Shown piece by piece: positions 1-13,589 of a DNA stretch of 64,000 bases. How positions within the stretch are numbered: position 1 is the first letter of the stretch; every line of letters begins with the position of its first letter. The position numbers were made by a program, and so were the translations under genes. The notes beneath the pieces were generated by a model. It was not told the origin of the DNA and did no database searches. It worked only from the letters and a program-made list of their open reading frames with translations. Source of the DNA: Malacoraja senta (lineage: Eukaryota); contig CM075995.1 of NCBI GenBank assembly GCA_038087875.1, positions 9,612,001-9,676,000 of the forward strand. The letters are read 5' to 3'.

Positions 1-305
1 GTAAAATAGTAAGATTAAACGAGAACTTACCAGTTTGAAGTTTGATCTTTATTTTATGAGGAGTTACGATGAGCGATTACGTGCCCACCGCTCCCAACCC
101 TCACATCACAAAGGTCATCTGGTAGTTATAATCTTTTGAGTCTTACTATGTTACTTCGACTGTCGTTACCTGTGATTTCACACCACTGCTTTGAAGATTG
201 ACGCGAGTGCAGACTGGCGGGGCTTCTTCACGTAATCGCTCATCGTACCTCCTCATAAAATAAAGATCAAACTTCAAACTGGTAAGTTCTCGTTTAATCT
301 TACTA
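1..305 (+). mobile_element. 3' end of a DIRS1-type retrotransposon (part of ICR, right ITR and right extension); continues upstream of the window
   Basis: 7-71 is the near-perfect reverse complement of 241-305. The segment is colinear with the 3' end of the full DIRS at 58541-58842. Confidence 0.85.
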
Positions 306-3300
306 TTATATCACTCTACGTTTTCTTCCAAAGCAAGAGGAACAGCAAATCTAATTCGTAAAGGTATACCATTCAAACACAAATCCACTATAGCTGATAA
401 GGAAGGCAGGTACATTATAATATCAGGTGAATTGTATTCAACTCCATTGACCTTGGTGAATATTTATGCTCCTAACTTCGATAATCCCCAATTTTTTAAT
501 TAAATATTTAATACATTTCCAGACGCTGGTCGGCATAATCTGATAATTCGGGGAGATTTAAATTGTGTATTAGATCAATACTTGGATAAATCTTCACTTC
601 ATAGGAAAAGTACATCAAAATCGAGTGACCTTTTAAACACCTATATAAACAATACAAACTTAAGAAACGTATGGAGGATTTCCAATCCTTCTGGAAGAGA
701 ATACTCTTTCTATTCAGGTGTTCATAAAGTTTATACACGAATTGACTATTTCTTGGTTGACGCCAAACTTATCCCTTATACCTACAATCCAAAATATCAC
801 AACATTATTATTTTGGATCATTGTCCCCTTACTTTTTCTGTAAAATTGGAAGGAATGAATAACAAACAGCCGTTTTGGAGATTTAACCACAAATACTAGC
901 TGAGGCAAGCTGTTGTGACTATCTGAAGCTACAGATGAAAACATTTTTTGAGACAAACGACACCCCCGATATTTCTCCATCCTTGCTGTGGGAAACGTTT
1001 AAAGCCTATGTTAGAGGCTGTATTATCGCATACCAAGCTTTTCAAAACAAGAAAAATAAGACTGAACAACTGGAATTAGAAAAACAGATAAAACAATTAG
1101 ACCTAGAAAATGCGGCTGATCCATCCACTAACACAATAAGATAGCTGCACTTAAATTCAAATTAAATCAGATTCTCTCAGCAAGAATTATTAGGGTATTT
1201 CAATATACTAAACAAAAAAAATTGAATTTGGTGATAAACCACATAAACTGCTAGCACGCCAACTTTGCAAATTAGTGAATGATCATACTATACACAAAAT
1301 TAGATCAGAAAAAGGAGATGTGCTTACACTGCCTAAAGATATCAATGAAAGGTTCTTACAATTCTACCAAACCTTATATTCATCAAAAACAACAGTCGAT
1401 TCTGCAAAGATGAAAAGCTTTCTTGAGAATTGCAATCTCCCATCTCTTAATGAGGGGGAACGGGATGAATTAGGCGTAGAGATAACAACAAAAGACATTG
1501 TAGAGACTATTAAATCATTGAAAAGTGGAAAAACTCCTGGCCCGGATGGGCTTAATAACAAATTTTATATAAAATTTAATGATTTAATCTCTCCACGCTT
1601 ACAAGCCCTTTACATTCAAGCATTTAAAGAACAGACTTTACCACAAACTCTTGCTGAATCAACTATTACATTAATTCCAAAAAAAGATAAAAAATCTCGA
1701 GGAGCCTGGATCCTAAAGGGCAATAGCCCTTTTAAATACGGATCAGAAATTTGAGACGTTTGTCTAATATAATGTATTCACATAAAACTGAAGAAGAAGA
1801 TTTATCAATTATTTCATTGGACGCAGAAATAGCATTTGATCAAGTAGAATGGCAATATCTGTTTAAAGTATTGCAAAAATGTAATATGTGAGAGAACTTT
1901 ATCACATGGGTAAAATTATTATATGACAAGCCGACTGCTAGAATACTGACCAATAACATGTTATCTTCGAAATTTCAATGAACAAGGGACAATAGACAGG
2001 GGTGTGCATTATCACCCCTGCTATTTGCTCTTGTGATAGAGCCACTAGCAGAAAGTATAAGAAGTCATCCGAATATCCATGGTTATAATACCAAACATTC
2101 AAATAATAAAATTTCATTATACGCAGACGATGTATTATTATACATTACAAAATCGCAAATTAGTATACCAAATATATTAAATTTAATAGAGGAATTTGGT
2201 TCCTTTTCAGGATATAAAATAAATTGGAATAAAAGTGAAATCATGACGATAAAACCTCAAGAGCCGACACATTTGTTAAAATTCCCCTTTAGGATTGCAA
2301 CAGAAAAATTTAAGTATTTAGGTATCCAAATTACTAGAAAATAGAAATCATTATTTAATGCAAACTATATGCCTTTACTAACTAAGTTGAATGTGTTGAT
2401 TAAATTCTGGAAAACACTGCCGATGTCTTTAATAGGCAGAATAAACGCTATAAAAATGATCTTTCTACCACAAATTCTGTATTTATTTCAATCAATACCA
2501 ATATATTTACCAAAAAATGTCTTAAAAAAATTAGACTCTGATATTGCAAATTTCATATGGGACTATAGATCACATAGAATTCAAAGAAAACATCTGTGTA
2601 AACCTAAAGAATTTGGGGGACTGACACCCCCCAACTTTTTGTACTACTATTGGGCAGTGAATATCAAAAATATAATTTATTGGTTGGACAGCTCTGCCCA
2701 ACATGTAGACTGGATAAGAATGGAGAAAGATAATTGCTTTCCTTTTAATATAGGAGTGATCCTTCTCTCCCTGATAAAATTGAACAATATAATATATAAG
2801 AAGAACCCAATTATTCACAACACAATACAAATTTGGAAACAGATAAAATTAACTTTAAAATTAAGAAATTTATCGCTTCTTTCCCCAATAGCTAACAATC
2901 CTTCATTCAAACCATCTATTATTGATAAAACGTTTACCCATTGGGAAAGAATAGGAATTAAAATGATTGGAGATATGTATGAAATGGGAAACATTCTATC
3001 ATTTTAACAACTACAATTAAAATACAGCCTGAAAAGTAATCAATATTTCAAATACCTCCAAATCCGAGTATTTGAAAAAACATATACAAGGATATCAAAC
3101 TCTGACTTCAGACTTATTAGACGAAGGAATGAACAGAAAGGCAGAATCAAGCAATTTAATATCATATTTATATAATATCATTTTAAATATAGAAATACCA
3201 TCGACAGAATTAAATAGAATGGATTGGGAACGAGAATTATTGATAAAAATTTCAAAAGACAGATGGGAAAAATACTTGCTATATGTACACAAATGTTCGA

Positions 3301-4185
3301 TTAATGTAAGACATAACTTAATTCCATTTAAAATTTTACATAGATTATATTACTCGAAAACTAGACTGAATAACATTTTTCCAAATGTCTCCTCCATTTG
3401 TGACAAATGTTTATCTCAAAATGCCACTATAACACACTCTTTTGTCTCCTGCACAAAACTTTATAAATTCTGGAACGAAATTTTGGAATTTTTACAAAAC
3501 TATTTAATATAAAATTGAACCCCAACACAGAACTGATTATCTTCGGAACAATGGAAGATGGATGCATGCTAACTACGTTTCAAAAATCTCTCTTTAATTA
3601 TGGCTTAATAACAGCAAAAAAACTTATACTTACATTTTGGAAAAATGCATTTACACCAACGCGTAAAATGTGGATTTCAAATATGTCGGAAATGTTAGAT
3701 CTGGAAGAAATTAGATTCCTCCTAGCGGGTAAAGCAGACCAATTCTTAATGATTTGGTCTCCCTTTAGCGACTTTTTACAAGCATATGGTGCAACACAAC
3801 CATAGAAATTAAATGTTTCAGAACCGGGTGAGGGGTGGGTAAAGTTATTAAATAGGTATTAAATAGGTATATCTCTCTTAGTCTTTCTCTTTTTATTTCC
3901 TTCTTTTTTTTCTTCCCCTTTTTTTTCACTCTCTTTACCATTTTCTACCTTTTTGTTTACCTGTTTCTTTCTTCGGGCTTTCTTTACTATTTCACGAACT
4001 AACACTTTCACCACTTTCTACGATACTTTCTTTTCCTATATTTTTCCTATCTTCATTTTCTGTTTTAGTGTTAAATTAAAAATAAGAAGTTGTACATGAA
4101 CTGTATTATCTCAGTGTGTATTAGGTACTTATGTACTACAATATTGTACTTCTAATAAAAATAAATTAAATAAATAAATAAATAA
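306..4185 (+). mobile_element. L1-clade LINE, decayed ORF2 (APE endonuclease, RT, C-terminal zinc knuckle), 3'UTR and A-rich tail
   Basis: Motifs NIYAPN, GDLNC, YTRIDYF, KTPGPDG, QGCALSP, LYADD, CDKC..H. Many stops and frameshifts. ORF ends at 3805; AATAAA and (TAAA)n tail at 4154-4185. Internal deletion near 1750. Confidence 0.92.
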
Positions 4186-7100
4186 TACGGATCAGAAGCT
4201 CATAGATTAAGCCCAGTTATCGGTAAATTAATACATCCAGATCAAACTGGGTTTGTACCTAAACGACACTCATTTTATAATTTGAGACATTTGTTTAACA
4301 TCATATATTTGCAGAGAATGGCAAACGAAGATCTAATAATTATTTCTCTAGATGCAGAAAAGGCTTTCGACCAAGTGGAATGGTCTTATCTTTTTACAGT
4401 GTTGAAAAAATTCCAATTGAGAGAAAACTTTACTTTATGGGTGAAGCATTTATATACTAATCCGACAACTAGAATATTGACAGATCAAATGCTTTCACCT
4501 AAATTTTATTTATCGAGGGGGTAACAGACAAGGATGTGCTCTCTCCCCGATGTTATTTGCTTTAGCCAAAGAACCTCTTGCCGAGAGTATCAGGTCCCAT
4601 TCAGGCATTTATGGATATAATACCAAATATACCTCCAATAAAATTTCGTTATTTGCAGATGATGTACTTTTATACATTACTAATCCCCAAGTTAGTATTC
4701 CAAATGTTTTAAACATTATAGAATAATTTGGTTCTTTTTCTGGATACAGAATTAATTGGAATAAAAGTGAAATCATGCCAATAAAAGAATGAGACCCTTC
4801 TCAACTCCAACAATTTCCCTTCAGAATCGTTTCTGAAAAGTTTAGATATCTTGGAATTTACGTGACTAGAAAGTATTCCTCTTTGTTTAAAATAAACTTC
4901 CCACCATTAATCACTAAATTGTATGCCTGCATCCAATTTTGCAAAACACTTCCTATCTCCCTTCTTGGTAGATTAAATGCCATGAAAATGATCTTCCTTC
5001 TGCAACTTTTATGCTTATTCCAATCAATACCGATATATCTCCCTAAAAGCTTTTTTTAATTGACTATTGTCACCAACTTTATTTGGGACTACAAAACCCA
5101 CGGAATACATAAAATACATTTGTGCAAATCCAAAGAAAATGGAGGATTAGCTCTACCTAACTTTCTTTTTTACTACTGGGCAACTAATATTAAAAATATA
5201 ACTTTCTGATTGGACGATACATGTCAACATGTAAATTGGTTAAAAATGGAGAGGGAAGATTGTTTGCCTTTTTGTATAGGCTCGATCCTCCTATCTCCAA
5301 TACATCTGAATAAGTCAACGTATGAGCAAAATCCAATAATACATAGTACTATCCGTATTTGGAAACAGCTGAAACTCAGTCTTAAATTGAGAAATATGTC
5401 TCTCCTGTTGCAAATAATCGCTCGTTTAAACCGTCTATTTTAGATGTGGATGTTCAATGGAAGAATCTGGGAATCAATACTGTGGGAGACCTCTATAAGA
5501 AGGGGACTCTCTCCTCTTTTCAAGAACTGCAGGAGAAATATGACTTGAATGCCAATAATTTTTTTAGATATCTCCAACTCCGAGATTACGTAAAAACATA
5601 TACACAAGACTGTCCTCTTATGGGTCCAGATATATTAGACGATTGTTTGAATAGACATGCCGATATAAGTAAGTTGATATCTTACATTTATAACACCCTT
5701 CTAAATATTGACACGCCACCCTCTGAGATTTATAGGCGAGCATGGGAGGACGAGTTGGGTTTACCATTTCGAAAGATATATGGGAGGAAAGCCTACAATA
5801 CATACACTACTGTTCTTTAACTGGTGGCCGATTAGGAAAAGGGGAGATGCAACGAGACCTGGGTGTCATGGTACACCAGTCATTGAAAGTAGGAATGCAG
5901 GTGCAGCAGGCAGTGAAGAAAGCAAATGGTATGTTAGCATTCATAGCAAAAGGATTTGAGTATAAGAGCAGGGAGGTTCTACTGCAGTTGTACAGGGTCT
6001 TGGTGAGACCACACCTGGAGTATTGCGTACAGTTTTGGTCTCCTAATCTGAGGAAAGACATTCTTGCCATAGAGGGAGTACAGAGAAGGTTCACCAGACT
6101 GATTCCTGGGATGGCAGGACTTTCATATGAGGAAAGACTGGATAGACTCGGCTTGTACACGTTGGAATTCAGAAGACTGAGGGGGGATCTTATAGAAACT
6201 TACAAAATTCTTAAGGGGTTGGACAGGCTAGATGCAGGAAGATTATTCCCGATGTTGGGGAAGTCCAGAACTAGGGGTCACAGTTTAAGGATAAGAGGGA
6301 AGACTTTTAGGCCCGAGATGAGGAAATCATTTTTTACACAGAGAGTGGTGAATCTGTGGAATTCTCTGCCACAGAAGGTAGTTGAGGCCAGTTCATTGGC
6401 TATATTTAAGAGGGAGTTAGATGTGGCCCTTGTGGCTAAAGGGATCAGGGGGTATGGAGAGAAGGCAGGGATGGGATACTGAGTTGGATGATCAGCCATG
6501 ATCATATCAAATGGCGGTGCAGGCTCAAAGGGCCGAATGGCCTACTCCTGCACCTATTTTCTATGTTTCTATGTTTCTATATTTAAATGCCAGGCATTGC
6601 CTGATACAATTTAAAGTATTGCATAGGTTATACTACTCAAAGATCAAATTGAACAAGATCTTCTCAACTGCTTCTCCTCTTTGTTATAAATGTCACTTTC
6701 AAGAAGCCACCCTAACTCATACTTTTGTATCCTGTGTAAAAATACAAAACTTCTGGATGGAAATATTCAATATTATTTCTAAAACACTTAAAACTCAATT
6801 GGAGCCAGATCCAAAACTAATAATATTAGGAATGTCAGAGGGCTGTCCTAATCTAACGATATTTCAAAGACGCTTCCTTGACTATGGTTTAATAACTGCG
6901 AAAAAACATACTTAAATTCTGGAAAAAGATAACAGTCCCCACAGTGAAGATGTGGATCACAGAAATGACCGAGACACTACATCTAGAAAAAATAAGGCTT
7001 GTCTTGACTGACAAACCAGATCAATTTTCAAAAATATGGTCTTCTTTTATTGAATTTCTTCAACAACATAATGGTTGAACACAAACTCAAAACCGATGGT

Positions 7101-7387
7101 AGGGTCGGGTTAGCGGGCGTATGGAAGGGCAGTGGGCTATATCTCCGCTTCTTTCACACCTTTGTTAGTTCTGGGGTTTTCCTTTTTTCTTTTCGTGTCT
7201 TTCTTGAAATGTTTTCTTTTTTTCTTTTCTTCTTTCTTTCCCATTTTTCCTTTTTCCTTTTTTCCGATCTAGTTATTAGTTCATAAAATGTTAAAACTGA
7301 AGCAGTACGAAAATTGTATAACTGCTATGTCGATCATTTTCTTTTTGTACAATTGCTTCTAATAAAAATATATATATATTTTTTTAA
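4183..7387 (+). mobile_element. Second L1 (different subfamily), RT to 3' tail, interrupted by a CR1 at 5821-6581
   Basis: HPDQTGF, SLDAEKAFD, LFADD, CYKC..H. The reading IHYCSL/NARHCLIQFK is split by the CR1. AATAAA and tail at 7361-7387. Confidence 0.88.
5821..6581 (+). mobile_element. 5'-truncated CR1 LINE, young, with an uninterrupted ORF2 C-terminus to 6482
   Basis: LVRPHLEYCVQFWSP, RRLRGDLIE, RTRGH; (TTTCTATG)n tail; TTTAA duplicated at 5816-5820 and 6582-6586. Confidence 0.93.
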
Positions 7388-7526
7388 GTCCCATCTCCAC
7401 AATTAGCAACACACTGAACTCACAAAACAAACACTTTTCCACTTTGTTCCACTCTGTCTTCCACTTCTCAAATTAGAAAAAAAACACCCTCGTAAATCTT
7501 CTCTGCACTCATTCTGGCTTCATATC

Positions 7527-7803
7527 ATTGTGGCGTCACCTGGTGGTAAGACCACTTGCTGTCGAACCCTTGTCAGTTGTTACGAGGACTGTCACATGAT
7601 GTCATGTTTTAAGGGGAGTGTCCTGCTACATCAGCAGATCTTACTTTGAGATCATCAGTCAACATGTAGAGGAGCACGAGTCAACACCCTCGCTCAGCAG
7701 CAGCAGCAGCAATGACTCTTATGTTAGAGAGTCCCAAACACACATGTATATTAAACTTATCTTGCTAATAAAGTAACCGTTTGATAAAAAATCCGCAATA
7801 ACA
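7527..7803 (+). mobile_element. Probable solo LTR of an unidentified LTR retrotransposon
   Basis: Starts TGTGGCG, has AATAAA near the end and ends ATAACA. Its first ~45 bp recur at 43841-43885. No clear TSD. Confidence 0.45.
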
Positions 7804-9117
7804 CGTCTCAACGATTACCGCCGTGTAGCACTCACTCCTATAATGATGAAGTGTTTCAAGAGGCTGGTCAGGGACCATACCTCCAGACTCCCCTCCACAC
7901 TTGACCCATTCCAGCTTGCTTACAGGCCAAACCGCTCCACATAGGACGCCATATCCTCCGTACTCCACCTGAGCCTGGCACATCTAGAGGAGAAGAACAC
8001 ACGTGTGCGAATGCTGTTCGTGGACTTCAGTTCAGCATTCAATACAATCATCCCTCAGCACTTGGTAAGCAAATTGGGTTCATTGGGCCTCAGCACCCCC
8101 TTGTGTAACTGGCCACTGGACTTCCTCACTGACAGACCCCAGTCAGTGCAGATTGGAAACAACACCTCCAACATCATCTCTCTGAGCACCGGTTCCCCTC
8201 AGGGCTGCGTCCTGGGTCCACTGCTGTTTACCCTGATGACCCACGACTGTTTTGCCAGGTTTAGTACAAACCACATCATGAAGTACGCAGATGACACAAC
8301 AGTGGTGGGCCTTATCCGGGACGACAATGAACTGGCTTACAGGGAGGAGGTGAAACAACTGGTGGACTGGTGCCACAAGAACAATCTGATCCTGAATGTT
8401 GACAAAACAAAGGAGGTCATCGTTGACTTCAGGAGAAACCGGCACAGTCACACACCACTACACATTAATGACATCGATGTGGAGTTGGTCAGTAGCACTA
8501 AGTTCCTGGGGTGCAGATCACGAACAGTCTGACCTGGTCACAAAACATCACATCACCAGTTAAGAGAGCGCAGCAGCGTTTGCACTTTCTGCGCCGGATG
8601 AGAAGAAAGAGCTCATCTCCCCCATCCCGTCCTCACCACTTTCTACAGGGGCACCATAGAGAGCATTTTGACCAGCTGCATCTCTGTCTGGTTTGGGGAC
8701 TGCAAAGCCTCCAACTGGAAGTCCGTGCAGAGAGTGGTGAGGACTGCTGAAAAGATCATCGGGACTTCTCTTCCTTCAATCGTTGCTTGTCCAAGGCCAA
8801 CAGCATTATAAAAGACCCCACACATCTCCATCATGGACTGTTCACTCTGCTGCCCTCGGGCAAAAGGTATCGCAGTATAAGGAGCAGAACGGCCAAGTTT
8901 TGCAACAGCTTCTTCCCCCGAGCCATCAGACTCTTGAATTCCATATAATGTGCTGCCACTATTATCTATTTTATCTTTTTTATCTATTTTATCTTTTTAT
9001 CTATTTTATCCTTTTGTTATTTTATGTTGCATGGTGAGCCAGATGCAACGAAATTTCGTTCAGACTTGCATTTGTTGGTGTATTTTTGAATGACAATAAA
9101 GTCTTTGATTGATTGAT
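7804..9117 (+). mobile_element. Rex1/Babar LINE, 5'-truncated RT with 3' tail
   Basis: [39 protein letters not shown]; (GATT)n tail. Confidence 0.9.
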
Positions 9118-9124
9118 CACAAAG

Positions 9125-10095
9125 TTTGGACTCGCTACATCATTTTTCTTAAAGCAGGGTGATCAAAATTGAACACAATACTCCAAATGCGACTTCACCA
9201 ATGTCTCGTACAACTGTACCATATTGTCCCAATTTCTGTACATATGAAGGCCAGCTTCATTTCCAGAGTGAATGGTAGGTCCCTGGGGAGCGTTGGTAGA
9301 CCGGAAGGATCGAGCAGTACATGCACAGTTCCCTGAAACTGGTGTCATAAGTAGATAGATTGGTAAACAATGCTTTTGGTACATTAACCTTCATCAGACA
9401 TGGTATTGAGTATAAAAGTTGGAATATTCTGTCAAACTTGTGCAGGGCATTTGTGAAGCCACATTTGAGTATTGTGTTCAGTCTTAGTTACAGAGAAAAG
9501 CTTTTTGTTGCATGCTAAACAGTCAGAGTATATGTGATTACAATGAAGGTGTCCACAGTGTCCAGACACAGGATAAAGGGACTAAAGTTTAGTGCAAGAT
9601 AAAGTCCAGTGAAGTTGATCAAAGATAGTCCAAGTGTCATCAATGATGTAGATGGTAGGTGATGACCCTTCTCTAGTTGTTTACAGGACAGTTCAGTTGC
9701 CTGATTACAGCTGGGAAGAAACTGTCCCTGATTCTCAAAGAGTCATAGAGCCAAAGAGTGGTACAGCATGGAAACTGACCCTTCAGCCCAAACTGCCCAC
9801 ATCGGTCAACATGTCCCATCTGCACTAGTCGCACTTGCCTGCGGTTGCCCATTTCTCTCTAAATCTGTGTTACCCATGTATCTGTTTAACTGTATTTAAT
9901 CCCTGCCTCAACTACCTCCTCTGTCAGCTTATTCCATACACTCAACCCCCTCTGTGTGAAAAATTACCACTAAGATTCTATTAAATCTTTCCCTTTGACC
10001 TTAAACCCAAATCCTCTGGTCCTCGATGCATCTACCGATCCATTCCTCACATTATTTTATACACTATTAGATCACCCCTCATCCTCCTGCGATCC
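9125..10095. mobile_element. Patchwork of old CR1 fragments and LINE 3' tails in both orientations
   Basis: Degenerate HLEYCVQF pieces on both strands; CR1 3' end on the minus strand at 9740-10095. Confidence 0.6.
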
Positions 10096-10984
10096 TGCAA
10101 CCGTGGCTGACAAGGGAAGTTAAGGATGGAATAAAACTAAAAGAAAAGGTGTATAACACAGCAAAGAGTAGCGGAAAGCCAGAGGATTGGGAAACTTTCA
10201 AAAGACAACAGAAGGTAACAAAAAGTGCAATACAGGGTGAAAAGATGAAGTGCTAGGGTAAGCTAGCCAGGGATATAAAGAAGGATACTAAAAGCTTTTT
10301 TAGGTATGTTAAGAGAAAGAGATTAGAAAAGACAAATGTGGGTCCTTTGAAGGCAGAAACAGGTGAAATTATTTTGGGGAACAAGGAAATGGCAGAAGAG
10401 TTGAACAGGCACCTTGGTTCTGTCTTCACTAAGGAAGACACAAACAATCTCCCAGATGTACTAGAGGACAGAGGATCTAGGGAGACAGAGGAACTGAAAG
10501 AAATTTGCATAAGGTGAGAAATAGTTTTGTGTAGACTGTTGGGACTGAAGGCTGATAAATCCCCAGGGCCTGATGGTCTGCATCCCAGGGTACTCAAGGA
10601 AATCGTGGACGCATTGGTGATATTTTCCAATGTTCTATAGGTTCAGGATCAGTTCCTGTGGATTGGAGTGTAGCTAATGTCATCCCACTTTTCAAGAAAG
10701 AAGCGAGAGAGAAAATGGGGAATTATAGACCAGTTAGCCTGACATCAGTGATGGGGAAGATGCTGGAGTCAATTATTAAAGAAATAATAACAGTGCATTT
10801 GGATAGCAGTAAAAGGATTGGTCAGGATTATGCTGAAACAGCATGGATTTATGAACGGGAAATCCTGCTTGACTAATCTTCAGGATTTTTTTGTGGAAGT
10901 GACAAGTAAAATGGATTAAGGATGCTGATAAGGTCCCATACAAGAGATTAGTGGGCAAAATTAGAGCACATGGTATTGGGAGTA

Positions 10985-12796
10985 GTGTGTGGGGGGTGGT
11001 TAGTGTGTGTGTGTGTGACGCCGCAGGCCGCCCCCACCCCCACGGCAACTACGCGTTCAGGGGACAGGACCCAACAGGTCCCACTTGGTCTAGTATAACT
11101 ATAGAACTCTGATCTTGTATGTGGACTTGTGGATTTGTGGATTTGTTGGTGTGATCACATCTTCACGAAAACACGAAGCACTAAGGGTAGAATTTTTACA
11201 TATTCTGGTAGAGATTTATCACGTGAAGTCAAAAAGCTCCTTATCTGAAAAATTCATGCTTTATTTCTCGAGCTATTAATCAAAATGTTCACAAATCTGA
11301 AATAACTTAAAAAATAAACCGGTTCTTTCGCTGATGACGTCACAATGGATCTGCTTCGCATGGCCTGCACTGTGTTCCACGCGCTGCGAGTGATGTCACC
11401 CCCGACAACTCCCCACCATACTCGGGCCCTGGAGCCTGGAGCCTGCAGCCGGGAGCCTGCAGCCACCAGCCGGGCGCCGCCAGCTTGGAGCGATGGAGTA
11501 TTGCAGTTGGGAACCGACCCTTCCCTCTGACGACCCCTCCTTCCCTCCCCCCAGCCTCTGGTTTAAAGCTACTGAAATCGCAGTCCTTTGGTTGTCGCCT
11601 GCCCTGCTGCCTGCTGCCCGCTCCCCTCACCCCGCTCCCATCCTCCTCTCCCCCTCTTCATCTCCCCCCTCCTCCTTTCCCCCCTGTCCTCTCCCCCTCC
11701 TCCTCTCCTCCTCCTCCTCCCCTCCTCTTCCTCATCCCCTCCTCCTATCCCCCTCCTCTCCCCCATCCTCCTCCTCCTCCTCCTCTTCCTCTCCCCCTCC
11801 TCCTCTCCCCCCTCCTCCTCCCCTCTCCCCATCCTCTCCCCCTCCTCCTCTCCCCCACCTCAACCTCCTCTCTCCCCTCCTTTTCTCCCCCTCCTCTTCC
11901 TCTCCCCCTCCTACTCTTCCTCTCCCCCTCCTCCTCCTCCTCCCCTCCTCCTCCTCTCCCCACTCCTCCTCCTCTCCTCCCTTCCTATCTCTCCCCTCTC
12001 CCCCCTCCTCCTCTCCCCCCTCCTCCTCTCCCCCCTCCTCCTCTCCCCCCTCCTCCTCCTCATCCTCTCCCCCTCCTCCTCCCTCCCCCCCTCTCTCCCC
12101 CTCCTCTACCCCTTCCTCACTCCACTCCACTCCCCTCTCCCCCCTTATACCCCCCACTCCCCCCTTATACCCCCTCCCCCTCTCTCCCACCCTCATCCCC
12201 CTCTCACTCTCCCCCTCTCCTCCTCTCCCCCTCCTCCTCTCTCCCTCCTCCTCCTCTTCTCCCCCTCTTCCTCCCCATACCCCATCCTCCTCCTCCTCTC
12301 CCTCCTCTCCCCCCTCCTCGTCCTCCTCACCCACCTTCTTCCTCTCCCTCCTCCTCCTCCTCTCCCCCTCCTCCTCTTCCTCCCTCCCCACCTATCCCTC
12401 CCCACCTCTCTCCCCCCCTCTCTCTCTCCCCTCTCTGCCCCTCTCTCCCCCTTCTCCCTCCCTTTCTCCCCCCTCTCCCTCCCTTTCCCCCTCTCCCCCC
12501 CAAACATCCACTCTCTTGAGGAAAGTTTTGAAAGACTGGGCTTGTACTCACTTGAATTTAGATGGATGAGAGGGGGGTGGTTAGTGTGTGAGTGTGTGGG
12601 GGTGCAGTGGAGGATGGGCGGAGAGGGGGGAGGAGAGGGGGAGGAGAAGAGGGGGAGGAGGAGAGTGGGGAGGAGGGGGGGGTGGGGGGGTAGAGGGAAG
12701 AGGGGGAGGGAGGGGTGTGTGTGATGCCACAGGCCGCCCCCACCACCGCAATCGAGCGTTGACGGTACGGGATCCAACGGGTCCCCCATGGTCTAG
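10985..12796 (+). mobile_element. Head-to-tail non-autonomous Helitron-like elements
   Basis: Two homologous 3' ends, each a short GC hairpin (11067-11081; 12769-12785) followed by CTAG|T (11090-11093; 12793-12796). No TIR or TSD. Simple repeats inside. Confidence 0.6.
11620..12501. repeat. CCT/CT-rich homopyrimidine low-complexity tract
   Basis: About 880 bp of almost pure C/T. Confidence 0.95.
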
Positions 12797-13389
12797 TATA
12801 TATTAATGATTTAGATGATAAAATTAAAATTAACACGAGCAAATTTGCAGATGACACAAAGCTGGGTGGCAATGTGAACTGCGAAGAGGATGCTAGGAGG
12901 TTGCAGGGTGACTTGGACAGTTGAGTGAGTGGGCAGATGCGTGGCAGATGCAGATGTAATATAGTTCAATGTGAAGTTGTGCACTTTGGCGGTAAGAACA
13001 AGGAAGCAGATTATTATATCAAAGGTGTCTGATTAGGAAAAAGTGAAGTGCAATGAGACCTTGCACACCAGTCACTGAAAGTAAACATGCAGGTACAGCA
13101 GGCAGTGAAGAAAGCTATTTACAATGTATATCAATGATTTAGATGAAGGAAGAAGCTAATGGCATGTTGGCCTTGATAACGAGAGGATTTGAGTATAGGA
13201 GTAAAGAGGTCCTTGTGCAATTGTACAGGGCCCTGGTGAGACCACAACTGGAGTATTATGTGCTGTTTTGGTCTCCAAATAGGAGGAAGGACATCCTTGC
13301 TATTGAGGCAGTTCACGAGGTTAATCCCCGGGATGGTGGGGCTGTCATATGAGGAAAGTTTTGAAAGACTAGGCTTGTATTCACTGGAA

Positions 13390-13589
13390 NNNNNNNNNNN
13401 NNNNNNNNNNNNNNNNNNNNNNNNNNNNNNNNNNNNNNNNNNNNNNNNNNNNNNNNNNNNNNNNNNNNNNNNNNNNNNNNNNNNNNNNNNNNNNNNNNNN
13501 NNNNNNNNNNNNNNNNNNNNNNNNNNNNNNNNNNNNNNNNNNNNNNNNNNNNNNNNNNNNNNNNNNNNNNNNNNNNNNNNNNNNNNNNN
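13390..13589. other. Assembly gap (200 N)
   Basis: Run of N. Confidence 1.

Larger units (their letters stand above)
10098..13389 (+). mobile_element. Decayed CR1 ORF2 (linker and RT), split by a Helitron-like insertion at ~10985-12796 and ending at the gap
   Basis: KSPGPDG, NYRPVSLTSV and RAHGI before the insertion; YINDLD..SKFADDTKLG after it. Confidence 0.85.

Noticed and set aside
11485..12789. Long Pro/Ser/Leu- and Gly/Glu/Arg-rich ORFs
   Set aside because: Stop-free by composition in a C/T tract; open in several frames on both strands.
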